Positions 16,798 through 25,544 are shown, counted from the stretch's first letter. The stretch is DNA of 64,000 bases from Chlamydiota bacterium (GCA_016866475.1 VGMF01000003.1:13442-77441); one strand, 5' to 3'. Made by a program: numbers and translations. Notes: generated from the letters alone by a model not told the origin.

Positions 16798-17709
16798 ATG
16801 GCTGTAGCAACGATCAAATCAAGATCCTTTTACCAGCTTGCCATCAGCGCGTTAATGATGGTGATAGGCGCCTTTATAGCAGCCTTTGCGATCCAGGTAT
16901 TCCTAGTCCCCGCTCATCTTATTGATGGAGGCGTCATAGGAATCGCTTTGATTCTCGGTCGCCTATTCAATGAATCGCTGATTCCCCTTTACATCATCTT
17001 ACTGAACGCTCCGTTTGTTTACCTTGCATCCAAATTCATACGCCGGACCTTTGTCATACAGATGATCGTTGCTGTTTTGCTATTTGCCTTTTTTCTGATC
17101 TTATGCAACAACTTTCCCCCTTTTACTGCTGATGCTCTTGAAATTATTGTTGTCGGCGGTGCTCTTTTAGGAATAGGAGCTGGGTTGATTATCAGAAGCG
17201 GCAGTTGCACCGACGGAACCGAAATTCTCGGGATCATCATCAATAAGAAAATGGGCTTCACCGTAGGTCAGGTCGTACTTTTCATCAATTTTTTTGTGTT
17301 TGCGGCTTATGGGCTGATTTTTCAAGATTGGCATATCGCCCTTCGCTCCCTTCTTACCTACGTTGTGGCGTTCAAGATGATCGATCTTGTGATCACAGGC
17401 CTTGATGAATTAAAACAAGTGATGATTATTTCCTCTAAACCACAGGAGATCTGCGATACGATCTTAAAAGAGCTGGGGCTTGGGCTCACAGTCCTCTACG
17501 GGCGGGGTGGATTCTCAAAAACTAATCGTGAACTTCTTTTAGTTGTTGTAGAGCGCCTAGACCTTGCGGATCTGAAAGAATTGATTATGAGCATCGATCC
17601 CGAAGCTATTCTGACGATTCAAGACCTTCATGAGTTTGTGTCGGGACGTTCCCCAAAGAAGATCAAATCTAAAAACCAGAACAAGCTCAACATCCTTAAC
17701 CACGATTAG
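16798..17709 (+). CDS. YitT-family membrane protein (DUF161/DUF2179 architecture)
   Basis: The track ORF 16744..17709 begins inside tRNA-Asp. The first ATG after the tRNA (16798) gives MAVATIKSRSFYQLAISALMMVIGAF..LVPAHLIDGGVIGIALIL, typical of YitT, with a C-terminal soluble domain (LYGRGGFSKTNRELLLVVV). Confidence 0.75.
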   Translation: MAVATIKSRSFYQLAISALMMVIGAFIAAFAIQVFLVPAHLIDGGVIGIALILGRLFNESLIPLYIILLNAPFVYLASKFIRRTFVIQMIVAVLLFAFFLILCNNFPPFTADALEIIVVGGALLGIGAGLIIRSGSCTDGTEILGIIINKKMGFTVGQVVLFINFFVFAAYGLIFQDWHIALRSLLTYVVAFKMIDLVITGLDELKQVMIISSKPQEICDTILKELGLGLTVLYGRGGFSKTNRELLLVVVERLDLADLKELIMSIDPEAILTIQDLHEFVSGRSPKKIKSKNQNKLNILNHD

Positions 17710-17713
17710 AAAG

Positions 17714-17883
17714 TTTATCTACACCAAAACTCTTTATAAATAATCCAAGATTTATCAAGAATCTCAAGTAGATATCAAATCTGCTTTAAAACTCTTTATA
17801 AATAATCCAAGATTTATCAAGAACCACTAAGAGAGATTTTATCTACACCAAAACTCTTTAAAAATTATGTAAGATTTGTCTAG
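17714..17883. repeat. intergenic tandem repeat, period about 62 bp, about 2.7 copies
   Basis: A 36-nt block is identical at 17726-17761 and 17788-17823 (AAAACTCTTTATAAATAATCCAAGATTTATCAAGAA). A 23-nt block is identical at 17714-17736 and 17838-17860 (TTTATCTACACCAAAACTCTTTA). The third unit diverges after that. Confidence 0.9.
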
Positions 17884-17906
17884 TCTTGGCGTAAATATAG
17901 GAATAG

Positions 17907-17927
17907 AGGGGATGAAGTTTATCCCCT
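17907..17927 (-). terminator. hairpin at the accC stop (AGGGGAT-n7-ATCCCCT)
   Basis: 7-bp stem overlapping the accC stop codon. On the minus strand it is followed by the pyrimidine/T-rich CTATTCCTATATTTAC. Confidence 0.4.
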
Positions 17928-19299
17928 AAACGAGCGCAGTGACTTTATTGCTTAAAAGCCCCTCTTCTATCCATTTGTCAATCGAATTTATGGTAAGGGT
18001 ATTGTCGGTAAAATCCTGGTGACAAATAAGATATTTATGAAAAGGAATTGTCGTTTTGATGGGCCCCACGAAAAACTCATCCAAAGCTCGTGATGCCGTT
18101 TTAAGCACTTCCTCGCGATTTTTACCTTTTACAATCAATTTTGCAATCATCGAGTCATAAAATGGGGGAATAGTGTAGCCATTAAACGCGTGGGTATCGA
18201 TTCTGATATTTGGACCTAGGGGTGGTTGAAATAGATCCATTTTGCCCGGGGAAGGTAAAAAGTTCCTCTCCGGATCCTCGGCATTGATCCTAAATTCCAT
18301 CACAGCCCCCCGCATCTCGATGTCTTCTTGAGCGATAGTTAGTTTTTCTCCCATAGAGACCTTGATTTGCTCTTTAATCAAATCTATCCCCGTCAACTCC
18401 TCCGAAACGCAATGCTCAACCTGGATCCTCGTGTTGACCTCCATGAAATAAAAGGTCCGATCTTGGTCAAAAAGAAATTCTACTGTCCCAGCAGAATTAT
18501 AGCCTGCCTTTTTGCACAATCGTACCGCTGATTGTGTGACATAATTTCTTTCTTGTGACGTTAGAACTGGTGAAGGGGCCTCCTCAATTAATTTTTGTCG
18601 GCGTCTTTGGGAGGTGCAGTCTCTTTCAAAAAGATGCAGTACCGTGCCATGTTTATCAGCAAGAATTTGCACTTCGATGTGCCGGGGGTTCTGAATAAAC
18701 TTTTCGACATACAAAGCATCGTCTCCGAAAGACTTTTTTGCCTCCTGTTGCGCTTGATAAAATCTTTCAACAAAAAGCTCTTCGGACATTAGAATATAAA
18801 TCCCTTTGCCTCCACCACCACTCCGTGCTTTTAAAACAACCGGATATCCAATCTGCCTCGCCTCTTCTATAGCTTCCATCGGATCAAAAAAAGCGTGGAT
18901 TCTGCCTGGAACTACGGGAGCTTTTGCTTCAAGTGCTATTTTTTTTGCCTGAATTTTATCTCCCAATCGGTCAATCGCATCAGATGAGGGACCTATGAAT
19001 GTCACTGAAGCTTTCTCGCACAGCCTTGCAAAAGAGGCGTTCTCAGAAAGAAATCCATAACCCGGATGTACAGCGTCTGCACCGCTAATTTCGATGGCAC
19101 TCAAAATCCTTGGGATATTGATGTAAGACTCCGGAGTTGGGCCTGGCCCGATACAGACAGCAGAGTCGGCTAAGAAAACGTGCAAAGAATCCTTATCCGC
19201 AGTTGAGTAGACAGCAACCGTTTCCAGACCGAGCTCTTTGCAGGCTCGTATTATTCTTACGGCAATCTCCCCGCGATTTGCAATTAAAACTCGTTTCAT
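17926..19299 (-). CDS. accC: acetyl-CoA carboxylase, biotin carboxylase subunit
   Basis: 457 aa. MKRVLIANRGEIAVRIIRAC, ATP-grasp region GGGGKGI, and the remainder colinear with AccC. Confidence 0.95.
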   Translation of the reverse strand: MKRVLIANRGEIAVRIIRACKELGLETVAVYSTADKDSLHVFLADSAVCIGPGPTPESYINIPRILSAIEISGADAVHPGYGFLSENASFARLCEKASVTFIGPSSDAIDRLGDKIQAKKIALEAKAPVVPGRIHAFFDPMEAIEEARQIGYPVVLKARSGGGGKGIYILMSEELFVERFYQAQQEAKKSFGDDALYVEKFIQNPRHIEVQILADKHGTVLHLFERDCTSQRRRQKLIEEAPSPVLTSQERNYVTQSAVRLCKKAGYNSAGTVEFLFDQDRTFYFMEVNTRIQVEHCVSEELTGIDLIKEQIKVSMGEKLTIAQEDIEMRGAVMEFRINAEDPERNFLPSPGKMDLFQPPLGPNIRIDTHAFNGYTIPPFYDSMIAKLIVKGKNREEVLKTASRALDEFFVGPIKTTIPFHKYLICHQDFTDNTLTINSIDKWIEEGLLSNKVTALV

Positions 19300-19328
19300 T
19301 GGTATCCTTACAGAATAAAAATTATCCT

Positions 19329-19751
19329 CTATACGACTGAGAACAGGGCCATTCCAAAATCTACAGCCTCTCTATCCTCAACGTGCACCATCTCAACTGT
19401 ACCGTCTAAAGTCGACTTCACTTCAAAATAGGTTTTCATAGCTTCAATTAAACAAAGGGTCTGCCCCTTATGAACTTTTGTCCCGACCTCAACAAATTTG
19501 GGCTTATCAGGAGCAACAGATAAATAGACAGTCCCTACCATTTCCGCTTTAATCGCCTCTTTTAGAGGACGAGACTCCCTTTTTTTAATTGAAGCTTGGG
19601 GGAGCTCCTCTACCGATAATCCTAACGCGCTCTCTTCGGCTTCAGAAAATTCCAAGGCTAGCTCTTGTCCATCGGACTCTTTAACTGAAAAATTCTTGAC
19701 GCCATTTTTTTTTAGAACATCAATCAAATCCTGAATTATTTTAAGATCCAT
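19329..19751 (-). CDS. accB: acetyl-CoA carboxylase biotin carboxyl carrier protein
   Basis: 140 aa. Biotinyl-lysine motif CLIEAMKTYFEV. Immediately upstream of accC. Confidence 0.92.
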   Translation of the reverse strand: MDLKIIQDLIDVLKKNGVKNFSVKESDGQELALEFSEAEESALGLSVEELPQASIKKRESRPLKEAIKAEMVGTVYLSVAPDKPKFVEVGTKVHKGQTLCLIEAMKTYFEVKSTLDGTVEMVHVEDREAVDFGMALFSVV

Positions 19752-20308
19752 TAGACCCTCTGAATGTAAAGATTCTGTATCGTATCTACTTTGATAATAT
19801 CCCCTACCTCTATGAACATAGGAACCTCAACTTCGGCGTTCGTCTCAAGAGATGCAATTTTAGAACCTCCGACTAAACCACCTCCCTGATCCTTGACGCT
19901 GACGACAAGAAGCTCTAGAAATTGGGGAAGCTCTACTGAAAAAACGGTATCTCCATAAAAAAGGGCACGTACATCCACACCCTCTTTGAGAAAATTGGCT
20001 TTATCTTTGATAATTTCCTGGGGTACCAAAACCTGCTCCAGATTATCAATATCCAAAAAGAGATGTTCACTCCCCTCCAAATAAAGATATTCCAGTCTCC
20101 TTTTAGAGATTTTTACCTCTTCAATCTCCTGGTCCGGCTTAAAATTCCTTTCAAAAATTTCACTTGTAACGGGATCTTTGAGTGTTGCTTTAAAAAACGG
20201 GGGTCCCTTAGGTAGGGTTACCTTAATGATTTGCTCCAATAAGAGGATTCTCCCCTCAAAGCGAATGGTCGTTCCGGGAACGAGTTGCTGCACTAGTACG
20301 GTTAACAT
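19751..20308 (-). CDS. efp: elongation factor P (divergent-loop paralogue)
   Basis: 185 aa. C-terminal EVPMFIEVGDIIKVDTIQNLYIQRV is typical EF-P. The loop region reads TLPKGPPFFKATL instead of the canonical KPGKG. accB-adjacent, as I recall for chlamydial efp. Confidence 0.88.
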   Translation of the reverse strand: MLTVLVQQLVPGTTIRFEGRILLLEQIIKVTLPKGPPFFKATLKDPVTSEIFERNFKPDQEIEEVKISKRRLEYLYLEGSEHLFLDIDNLEQVLVPQEIIKDKANFLKEGVDVRALFYGDTVFSVELPQFLELLVVSVKDQGGGLVGGSKIASLETNAEVEVPMFIEVGDIIKVDTIQNLYIQRV

Positions 20309-20967
20309 CTTTCCTCCACTATCGGATATAGCTGAGCCATATTTTCAATCACATAATCAACACATAAGTCGGGCAAAATGCTAAAACGATTGCGGGCAGC
20401 ACGATAAAGCACGGTGATCATCCCCAGCTCTTTGGCCGGGACTAGATCGGCATCTATTCGATCTGCTACTACAATCACCCGATTCGGTGGCATCTTGAAT
20501 TCTTTCAAAATGTTTTCATAACACCCCTTCTTTGAAGAACGGGTGACTTCGATTTTACTAAATAGGGTATATGGAAGACCAGATTTTTTCACTTTTGCAA
20601 GCTGAAAAATCTCCTCACCCCTTGTAACAAGAATAAGATTGGCCAAGCTTTTAAGGTCGTAAAGAATTTTTTCAGAGCCTAGTACCGGCTCGGGGTTTAA
20701 ATCATTGAGTTCCGGATCGGATATGGTTCGCATCGCAACTTCTATAAACTTTGCACCACCCCCATAGAGAAGGACAAATTCTTTGATAGCGTCGATGGAG
20801 CTTGTAGCGGTTCGATTCAACCGCTCCAAAGTTTCTAGCGCCTGATCCCGGTCCAAAATTTCGATGCCAGCTCCTATCATTTCTTCAAGAGCTCTATCTA
20901 ACCTTGGTTCGATGATTGTTGCCGTCGTCTCTATAAGTGTGTCGTCAAGATCGAACAAAACTAGCAT
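20302..20967 (-). CDS. HAD-superfamily hydrolase
   Basis: 221 aa. Motif I MLVLFDLDDTLIETT, later LVTRG and VVADRIDAD resembling HAD motifs II-IV. Confidence 0.7.
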   Translation of the reverse strand: MLVLFDLDDTLIETTATIIEPRLDRALEEMIGAGIEILDRDQALETLERLNRTATSSIDAIKEFVLLYGGGAKFIEVAMRTISDPELNDLNPEPVLGSEKILYDLKSLANLILVTRGEEIFQLAKVKKSGLPYTLFSKIEVTRSSKKGCYENILKEFKMPPNRVIVVADRIDADLVPAKELGMITVLYRAARNRFSILPDLCVDYVIENMAQLYPIVEERC

Positions 20968-21934
20968 TCTTTTTAGCTTCTTCTATAATGTGAATCAAAA
21001 TGCGGGCTAAACGGTCCGAATCGTGGCGAATCAAATTTCTTTTTAAAAGATCTCTTTTGTTCGCCTTATCTATAGGCCCAAGTAAGGGCGTTTGAATAAC
21101 ACGCCCGTCAAAAAGATCACATTCCACCAAATCCCCCTCTTCCGCATAGCGATCAATCAGCTCTTTTGGGGGTGTTTGAGAGTTCACAACTATATAGTCA
21201 ATGACACCTTCGCCCAAGTAGAGTTCAACCTGGCGAACGTAATCGCTCACCTTGAAGCCGGTAGTCTGCCCTTTTTTATTCATCAAATTTACAACGAATA
21301 TTTTTATTGCACGGGAATTTTTAAGGGTCTCTACAACACCGTCAACAAGCAAATTGGAAATCACCGACGTGTAGAGCCCTCCAGGCCCGATGATCACCGC
21401 GTCCGCCTCTTGAATACGCTTTACGGCTTCAGGATTGGCTTTTGGATAAGGATCTAAAAAGAAGCCGCTATAGCCTTGGTCTATCTCGTCATTTAGATAA
21501 ATTTCTTTTTCGCTTTCCAGTATTTTGCGGTTGTTGAGAATCATTTTGAGCCGCACATGCTGTGTCGTAACGGGAACCACCTTCCCTTTGATGTTGAGCA
21601 CACGACTCACCTCTTCGATAGCCGTTTCAAAGCTTCCGGTTACTTTTTCGAGCGCCGATAGGAAAATATTCCCGAACGTATGCCCTGATAGAAAACTCTC
21701 ATCAAATCGGTAATTCATCAAATTCCGCATCAATTCAGACGATTCGCTAAGGGCCACAATACATTGGCGCACATCACCTGCAGGCAAAACTCCGAGTTCG
21801 TCTCGTAAAATACCTGTGCTACCCCCATCGTCGGACATGGTTACGATTGCTGTGAGATCTACAGGGTATTCCTTTAAGCCTCTCAAGACAACGTAGTTTC
21901 CTGTGCCTCCGCCGAGTGTGGTAATCCGTTTCAC
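20945..21934 (-). CDS. YvcK/CofD-family protein (UPF0052, gluconeogenesis-factor-like)
   Basis: 329 aa. N-terminal ITTLGGGTGNYVVLRGLK, MSDDGGSTG, and IGPGGLYTS motifs of the YvcK/CofD fold. GTG start abuts the rpe stop. Confidence 0.75.
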   Translation of the reverse strand: MKRITTLGGGTGNYVVLRGLKEYPVDLTAIVTMSDDGGSTGILRDELGVLPAGDVRQCIVALSESSELMRNLMNYRFDESFLSGHTFGNIFLSALEKVTGSFETAIEEVSRVLNIKGKVVPVTTQHVRLKMILNNRKILESEKEIYLNDEIDQGYSGFFLDPYPKANPEAVKRIQEADAVIIGPGGLYTSVISNLLVDGVVETLKNSRAIKIFVVNLMNKKGQTTGFKVSDYVRQVELYLGEGVIDYIVVNSQTPPKELIDRYAEEGDLVECDLFDGRVIQTPLLGPIDKANKRDLLKRNLIRHDSDRLARILIHIIEEAKKNASFVRS

Positions 21935-22594
21935 TTATACACCCTGTAGCTGGTTTACGATGTGGCGCATAGATTGCCCTTTTTGAAATAAAGCACTTGC
22001 GGATACTAGAATGTCAGCGCCGGCGCCAATGCACTTCTTCGCATTGTTGATCCCTACACCCCCATCGATAGAAATTTCAAATTTCAATTCGGGATGATTT
22101 TTTTTCATCGTTTTTAGGAATTCGACTCTATCCAGCATCTCTTCCATGAACTTCTGACCGGCAAAGCCTGGGTGCACAGTCATAACAATCACCTGATCGA
22201 CTTTTGCCAAATGGGGAAGTAAAAGTTCGGGATTTGTCTCCGGTGAGATCGCTAAACCTACCTGCATGTTGCATGTCTTGATAAATTTGATCGTGTCATC
22301 GATATACTCCGTGGCTTCAACTTGAAACGTCAATCTGTCGGCACCCGCCTTCTTAAAACGCTCCACATAGTCATAAACCCGGTAGATCATCAAATGCACG
22401 TCGAAAAACATTTTTGATCGTGATCTTAGCCCTAGGACGGTGTCGGGCCCAAACGTAATATTATCTACAAAATTTCCGTCCATGACATCGAGATGCAGCA
22501 TATCCGCACCGCTTTCTTCCACTTTTTTCAATTCGTCAGCTAGACAGCACATGTCTCCGCCTATAATCGACGCAGATATCTTCACTTTGTTCAT
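21935..22594 (-). CDS. rpe: ribulose-phosphate 3-epimerase
   Basis: 219 aa. SIIGGDM, LHLDVMDGNFV, MTVHPGFAGQKF, IDGG motifs. Confidence 0.93.
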   Translation of the reverse strand: MNKVKISASIIGGDMCCLADELKKVEESGADMLHLDVMDGNFVDNITFGPDTVLGLRSRSKMFFDVHLMIYRVYDYVERFKKAGADRLTFQVEATEYIDDTIKFIKTCNMQVGLAISPETNPELLLPHLAKVDQVIVMTVHPGFAGQKFMEEMLDRVEFLKTMKKNHPELKFEISIDGGVGINNAKKCIGAGADILVSASALFQKGQSMRHIVNQLQGV

Positions 22595-22599
22595 CGTGT

Positions 22600-24426
22600 C
22601 TATGTAATCACACCTCTGTCTATCCGCTCAAGAAAAATTTCGTTCATCATCTTGTCGAACTTTTGCATGGTATCAAGTTGCGGCTGATAAAGATAAAATA
22701 AATGGAAACTTTTACCCCAAATCAAAACATTGGCTCTGATCCACTCAAATTTTGTTTTGACACATGCTTTTGCCGCCGCATCAATTTTAGAAGCAATGTT
22801 CAAGGAGGCTAAAATCAGGACACCATCGTTCCCTTTTTTAATTAGGTGCTCCCCCGTAAGTTGCTTAGATCCCGACATAAAAAAATGGAACATCTCTAAA
22901 AGGGGGTCGAGTTTGGCGAGGTACTGGATCTCTACGGGCTGTAAAGAGAGAAAAAAATTTTCCAGATACGTTTCATCATGGTCTTTCAAAAGACCCTTAA
23001 ATAACCTAAGATTATCAATCTGTTTAGAAATCATCCCCCCATTATAATCTCTAAAATTTGGGAATATTTTTTTTAAAAAATCAGTTATGTGGGCCCGCAC
23101 TTTAAGCGAATCTATCGAGTGGTCAGCTCGTATAAAACCCTTGAGATCTATATCGATACGCACCGTTGAGGCTTCTATTTCTACAAGCTTTTGGTAAAAC
23201 CTCCTTGTCGCCTCAAGGTGAACACCGATCCCCTGCTTTCGGATTGCAGTTAATCTTTCAATTGGAGTTGTATCGTAAGGTTTAACAATCAAAACGAGGT
23301 AGCTCAAATAACTCTCATACTGTCTTTCAAAATGGATGGCAACCTGTGGAATATCCTCTTTAGAGCTGATTTCGTTGCACAAGGTAACAATCCGCCGCAT
23401 CACATCTTCCTCGTTGCGCGGCATAAATACCTGGTGGACGTACCGCTCAATGGAAGAGGTAAGTGTGAATCTCAGACCCCTCTCAATCTCAAAGCGTTCG
23501 AGGTGGGTCTTTATCTCAACAAGAAAGATGGAGTCATGGTGCAAACGGACAAAACTGGATTCGTCCACATCTATAGACGGATGGATCAACTGCAATGATT
23601 TTTTTAAATGCTTCAATTCAAAAACTTCGTTAGGTGCCAGCGGAAGATAGAGAGCAAGCCCTAGGGTTTTCCTATCTTCTTTAGCCCCTATAAAAAAGAC
23701 CTGGACTTTGTGCTCTTTTTCCACTGCAGGCCCCTCTTCAAAGTTGCGGATCTGCTTTTGTAGAAAGACGTATCTTACAAACCATTTTTTCCACTTTTTT
23801 TCAAGTGGAGCGCCCTCAATTCTCTCATTGAACTCCACCCAAAATCTTCTTAAAAATTTTTCCATCAGATGGGAACTGAATGAAAATCGGTTTTTTAAAG
23901 GCTCCAGAAGGTCTTGCAAAAGAAGATACACCCGGTTCGCCCCTCCCCGCTTTCTTTCTAAGATACGCTCCAAGACATCCTGTTTTTCGCAGCCTCGCCT
24001 AACCTCTTCCATGAAACGGTCCAAATTTTCATTAAAAAGGACAAAAGCGCTTTGAGTTTGGAAGACCACATACGCTTCAATAAGAGTCAAAGCACCATCA
24101 AACCCTTCAAGCCTGACATTTGAGGAAAAAAACCGCTCCAATGGGGTGATATGACCGGGTAAAAGAGCTGTCGAGCACTGGGTAAAAAAGTAATGAGATA
24201 GACCGTCTCTCTCCTTAGATAAAAGGTACATACTCACACCCAAAGGGTGTTCCTGCGCTCTTTCGACATAGAAAAGAGGCAGTTTTGAACGCAAAAGCGC
24301 GGGCCGGTCAACAAACTCTTTACTGCACTCGCAATTAGAAAAAATTTGCTGCATGATTCGCTCTTTTGTAGAGCGATAAAAATCCAACACCTTCGGAGAA
24401 GAGGAGCCTGGATGGGGTTTTGCCAT
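22600..24426 (-). CDS. hypothetical protein (608 aa), first gene of the rpe-...-accC gene string
   Basis: Long uninterrupted ORF ending 5 nt upstream of rpe. No TM segment or signal peptide and no motif recognised. Confidence 0.55.
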   Translation of the reverse strand: MAKPHPGSSSPKVLDFYRSTKERIMQQIFSNCECSKEFVDRPALLRSKLPLFYVERAQEHPLGVSMYLLSKERDGLSHYFFTQCSTALLPGHITPLERFFSSNVRLEGFDGALTLIEAYVVFQTQSAFVLFNENLDRFMEEVRRGCEKQDVLERILERKRGGANRVYLLLQDLLEPLKNRFSFSSHLMEKFLRRFWVEFNERIEGAPLEKKWKKWFVRYVFLQKQIRNFEEGPAVEKEHKVQVFFIGAKEDRKTLGLALYLPLAPNEVFELKHLKKSLQLIHPSIDVDESSFVRLHHDSIFLVEIKTHLERFEIERGLRFTLTSSIERYVHQVFMPRNEEDVMRRIVTLCNEISSKEDIPQVAIHFERQYESYLSYLVLIVKPYDTTPIERLTAIRKQGIGVHLEATRRFYQKLVEIEASTVRIDIDLKGFIRADHSIDSLKVRAHITDFLKKIFPNFRDYNGGMISKQIDNLRLFKGLLKDHDETYLENFFLSLQPVEIQYLAKLDPLLEMFHFFMSGSKQLTGEHLIKKGNDGVLILASLNIASKIDAAAKACVKTKFEWIRANVLIWGKSFHLFYLYQPQLDTMQKFDKMMNEIFLERIDRGVIT

Positions 24427-24580
24427 GCTTTTTAAAACGCTTTATTTTTATTACCTCTTATCTGCCGATGGATTTTTAGACATGCCGTATCCAAGAGGCC
24501 AGAGGAATTTCTAGCACATATAGCAGTTCTAGTTTTTTTTTGAAAATAATTCGTACGCCTAAAAGCAAAAAGTTATAAGA

Positions 24581-24619
24581 AAAACCGCTGCAAGTCTATT
24601 TAAAGGGTCGCAGCGTTTT
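24581..24619 (-). terminator. possible terminator hairpin directly after the aspartokinase-like gene
   Basis: On the minus strand, AAAACGCTGC-n18-GCAGCGGTTTT (one bulge) is followed by TCTTATAACTTTTTGCTTTT. The large loop lowers confidence. Confidence 0.35.
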
Positions 24620-25470
24620 CATCGATATGGGTTAGGTGTCTGTATACTTGAAAGCGCTTCACTATCCTCAATAGTAGCTAAGGATGCGTCCATCGGCAGT
24701 CCTGAAACAATCACAGTTCCCGGAATATACATTTTTTTTGAAGCGCTCGTAGAGAAAATTTCGAGAGGAACATAGTACTTTTTTGCCAAAGCCAGCGCCC
24801 TTAAATGGAGCAAAGGGCGAGCCTCGTTTTCCAAAAGCCTTAAAGCACCGTCATAATCGATAAAATCGATCGGTGCGGCAGATGAGTCTCTATAGGGATT
24901 CACTGTGTAAAGTGCACCTACGTCTTTAAAAAAACAGGCTTTTGAAGCTCTTAAAGCATGGCAAAGCGCGACCGCAGTTGTATCGGACCCCCCCCTCCCA
25001 AGTGTTGTCACCTCTTTATCAATGGAAACTCCTTGAAAACCTGCCACAACAGCGACATGGCCCCTTCCGAGGGCCGCCTCTATTCTTGAAGGCCGCACCT
25101 CAAGGATTCTTGCATCGGTAAAGGCTGTGGAAGTTATAATACCCGATTGGCTTCCTGTAAATGAGACCGCCTGGTGGCCTGCATCGACCAGTGAAATGGT
25201 CAATAGAGTCATACTAATCCTTTCCCCAACAGACACCAGAAGATCTAGCTCCCTTTTTGGGGGGGCTTTTGAGATAGACTGCGCTAAGCTCAAAAGCTGA
25301 TCTGTTGTGTTTCCCATAGCGCTCACAACAGCGATGACATCAAATCCACTTTTTTTATAATGTATAATTATTTCTTTAATATCATGGATTTTATCCACTG
25401 AGCTAAGGGATTTTCCCCCAAATTTAAGGACGATTCTAGGGCGCATACTAAACCTTTTAAAGGGTAGCAA
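24619..25470 (-). CDS. lysC: aspartokinase-like amino-acid kinase lacking ACT regulatory domains
   Basis: 283 aa. KFGGKSL, VVSAMGNTTDQLL, LGRGGSDTTAVAL match the aspartokinase catalytic domain. The protein ends about 26 aa after GTVIV, with no room for ACT domains. The TDVDG/DPR motifs are degenerate (KDVGA/NPY). The likely true start is the internal MRPRIVLKFGG. Confidence 0.7.
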   Translation of the reverse strand: MLPFKRFSMRPRIVLKFGGKSLSSVDKIHDIKEIIIHYKKSGFDVIAVVSAMGNTTDQLLSLAQSISKAPPKRELDLLVSVGERISMTLLTISLVDAGHQAVSFTGSQSGIITSTAFTDARILEVRPSRIEAALGRGHVAVVAGFQGVSIDKEVTTLGRGGSDTTAVALCHALRASKACFFKDVGALYTVNPYRDSSAAPIDFIDYDGALRLLENEARPLLHLRALALAKKYYVPLEIFSTSASKKMYIPGTVIVSGLPMDASLATIEDSEALSSIQTPNPYR

Positions 25471-25544
25471 ATGTGTTGATTTTTAATACAGCGCCTTGAT
25501 AGACTTCTTAACAAAACGTAAAAACCCTAGGAGAACCCTTTAAC

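Noticed and set aside
16605-16925. A 106-aa plus-strand ORF and a 66-aa minus-strand ORF (16617-16817) across tRNA-Val/tRNA-Asp, plus the 5' extension of the yitT ORF (16744-16797).
   Set aside because: All of them read through the tRNA genes. The YitT-type N-terminus begins at the first ATG after tRNA-Asp (16798).
17714-17883. Whether the intergenic 62-bp repeats are a CRISPR remnant, IS terminal repeats or a MITE.
   Set aside because: There are only about 2.7 direct tandem copies, with no spacers. There are no terminal inverted repeats flanking a unit, no target-site duplication pattern, and no transposase nearby.
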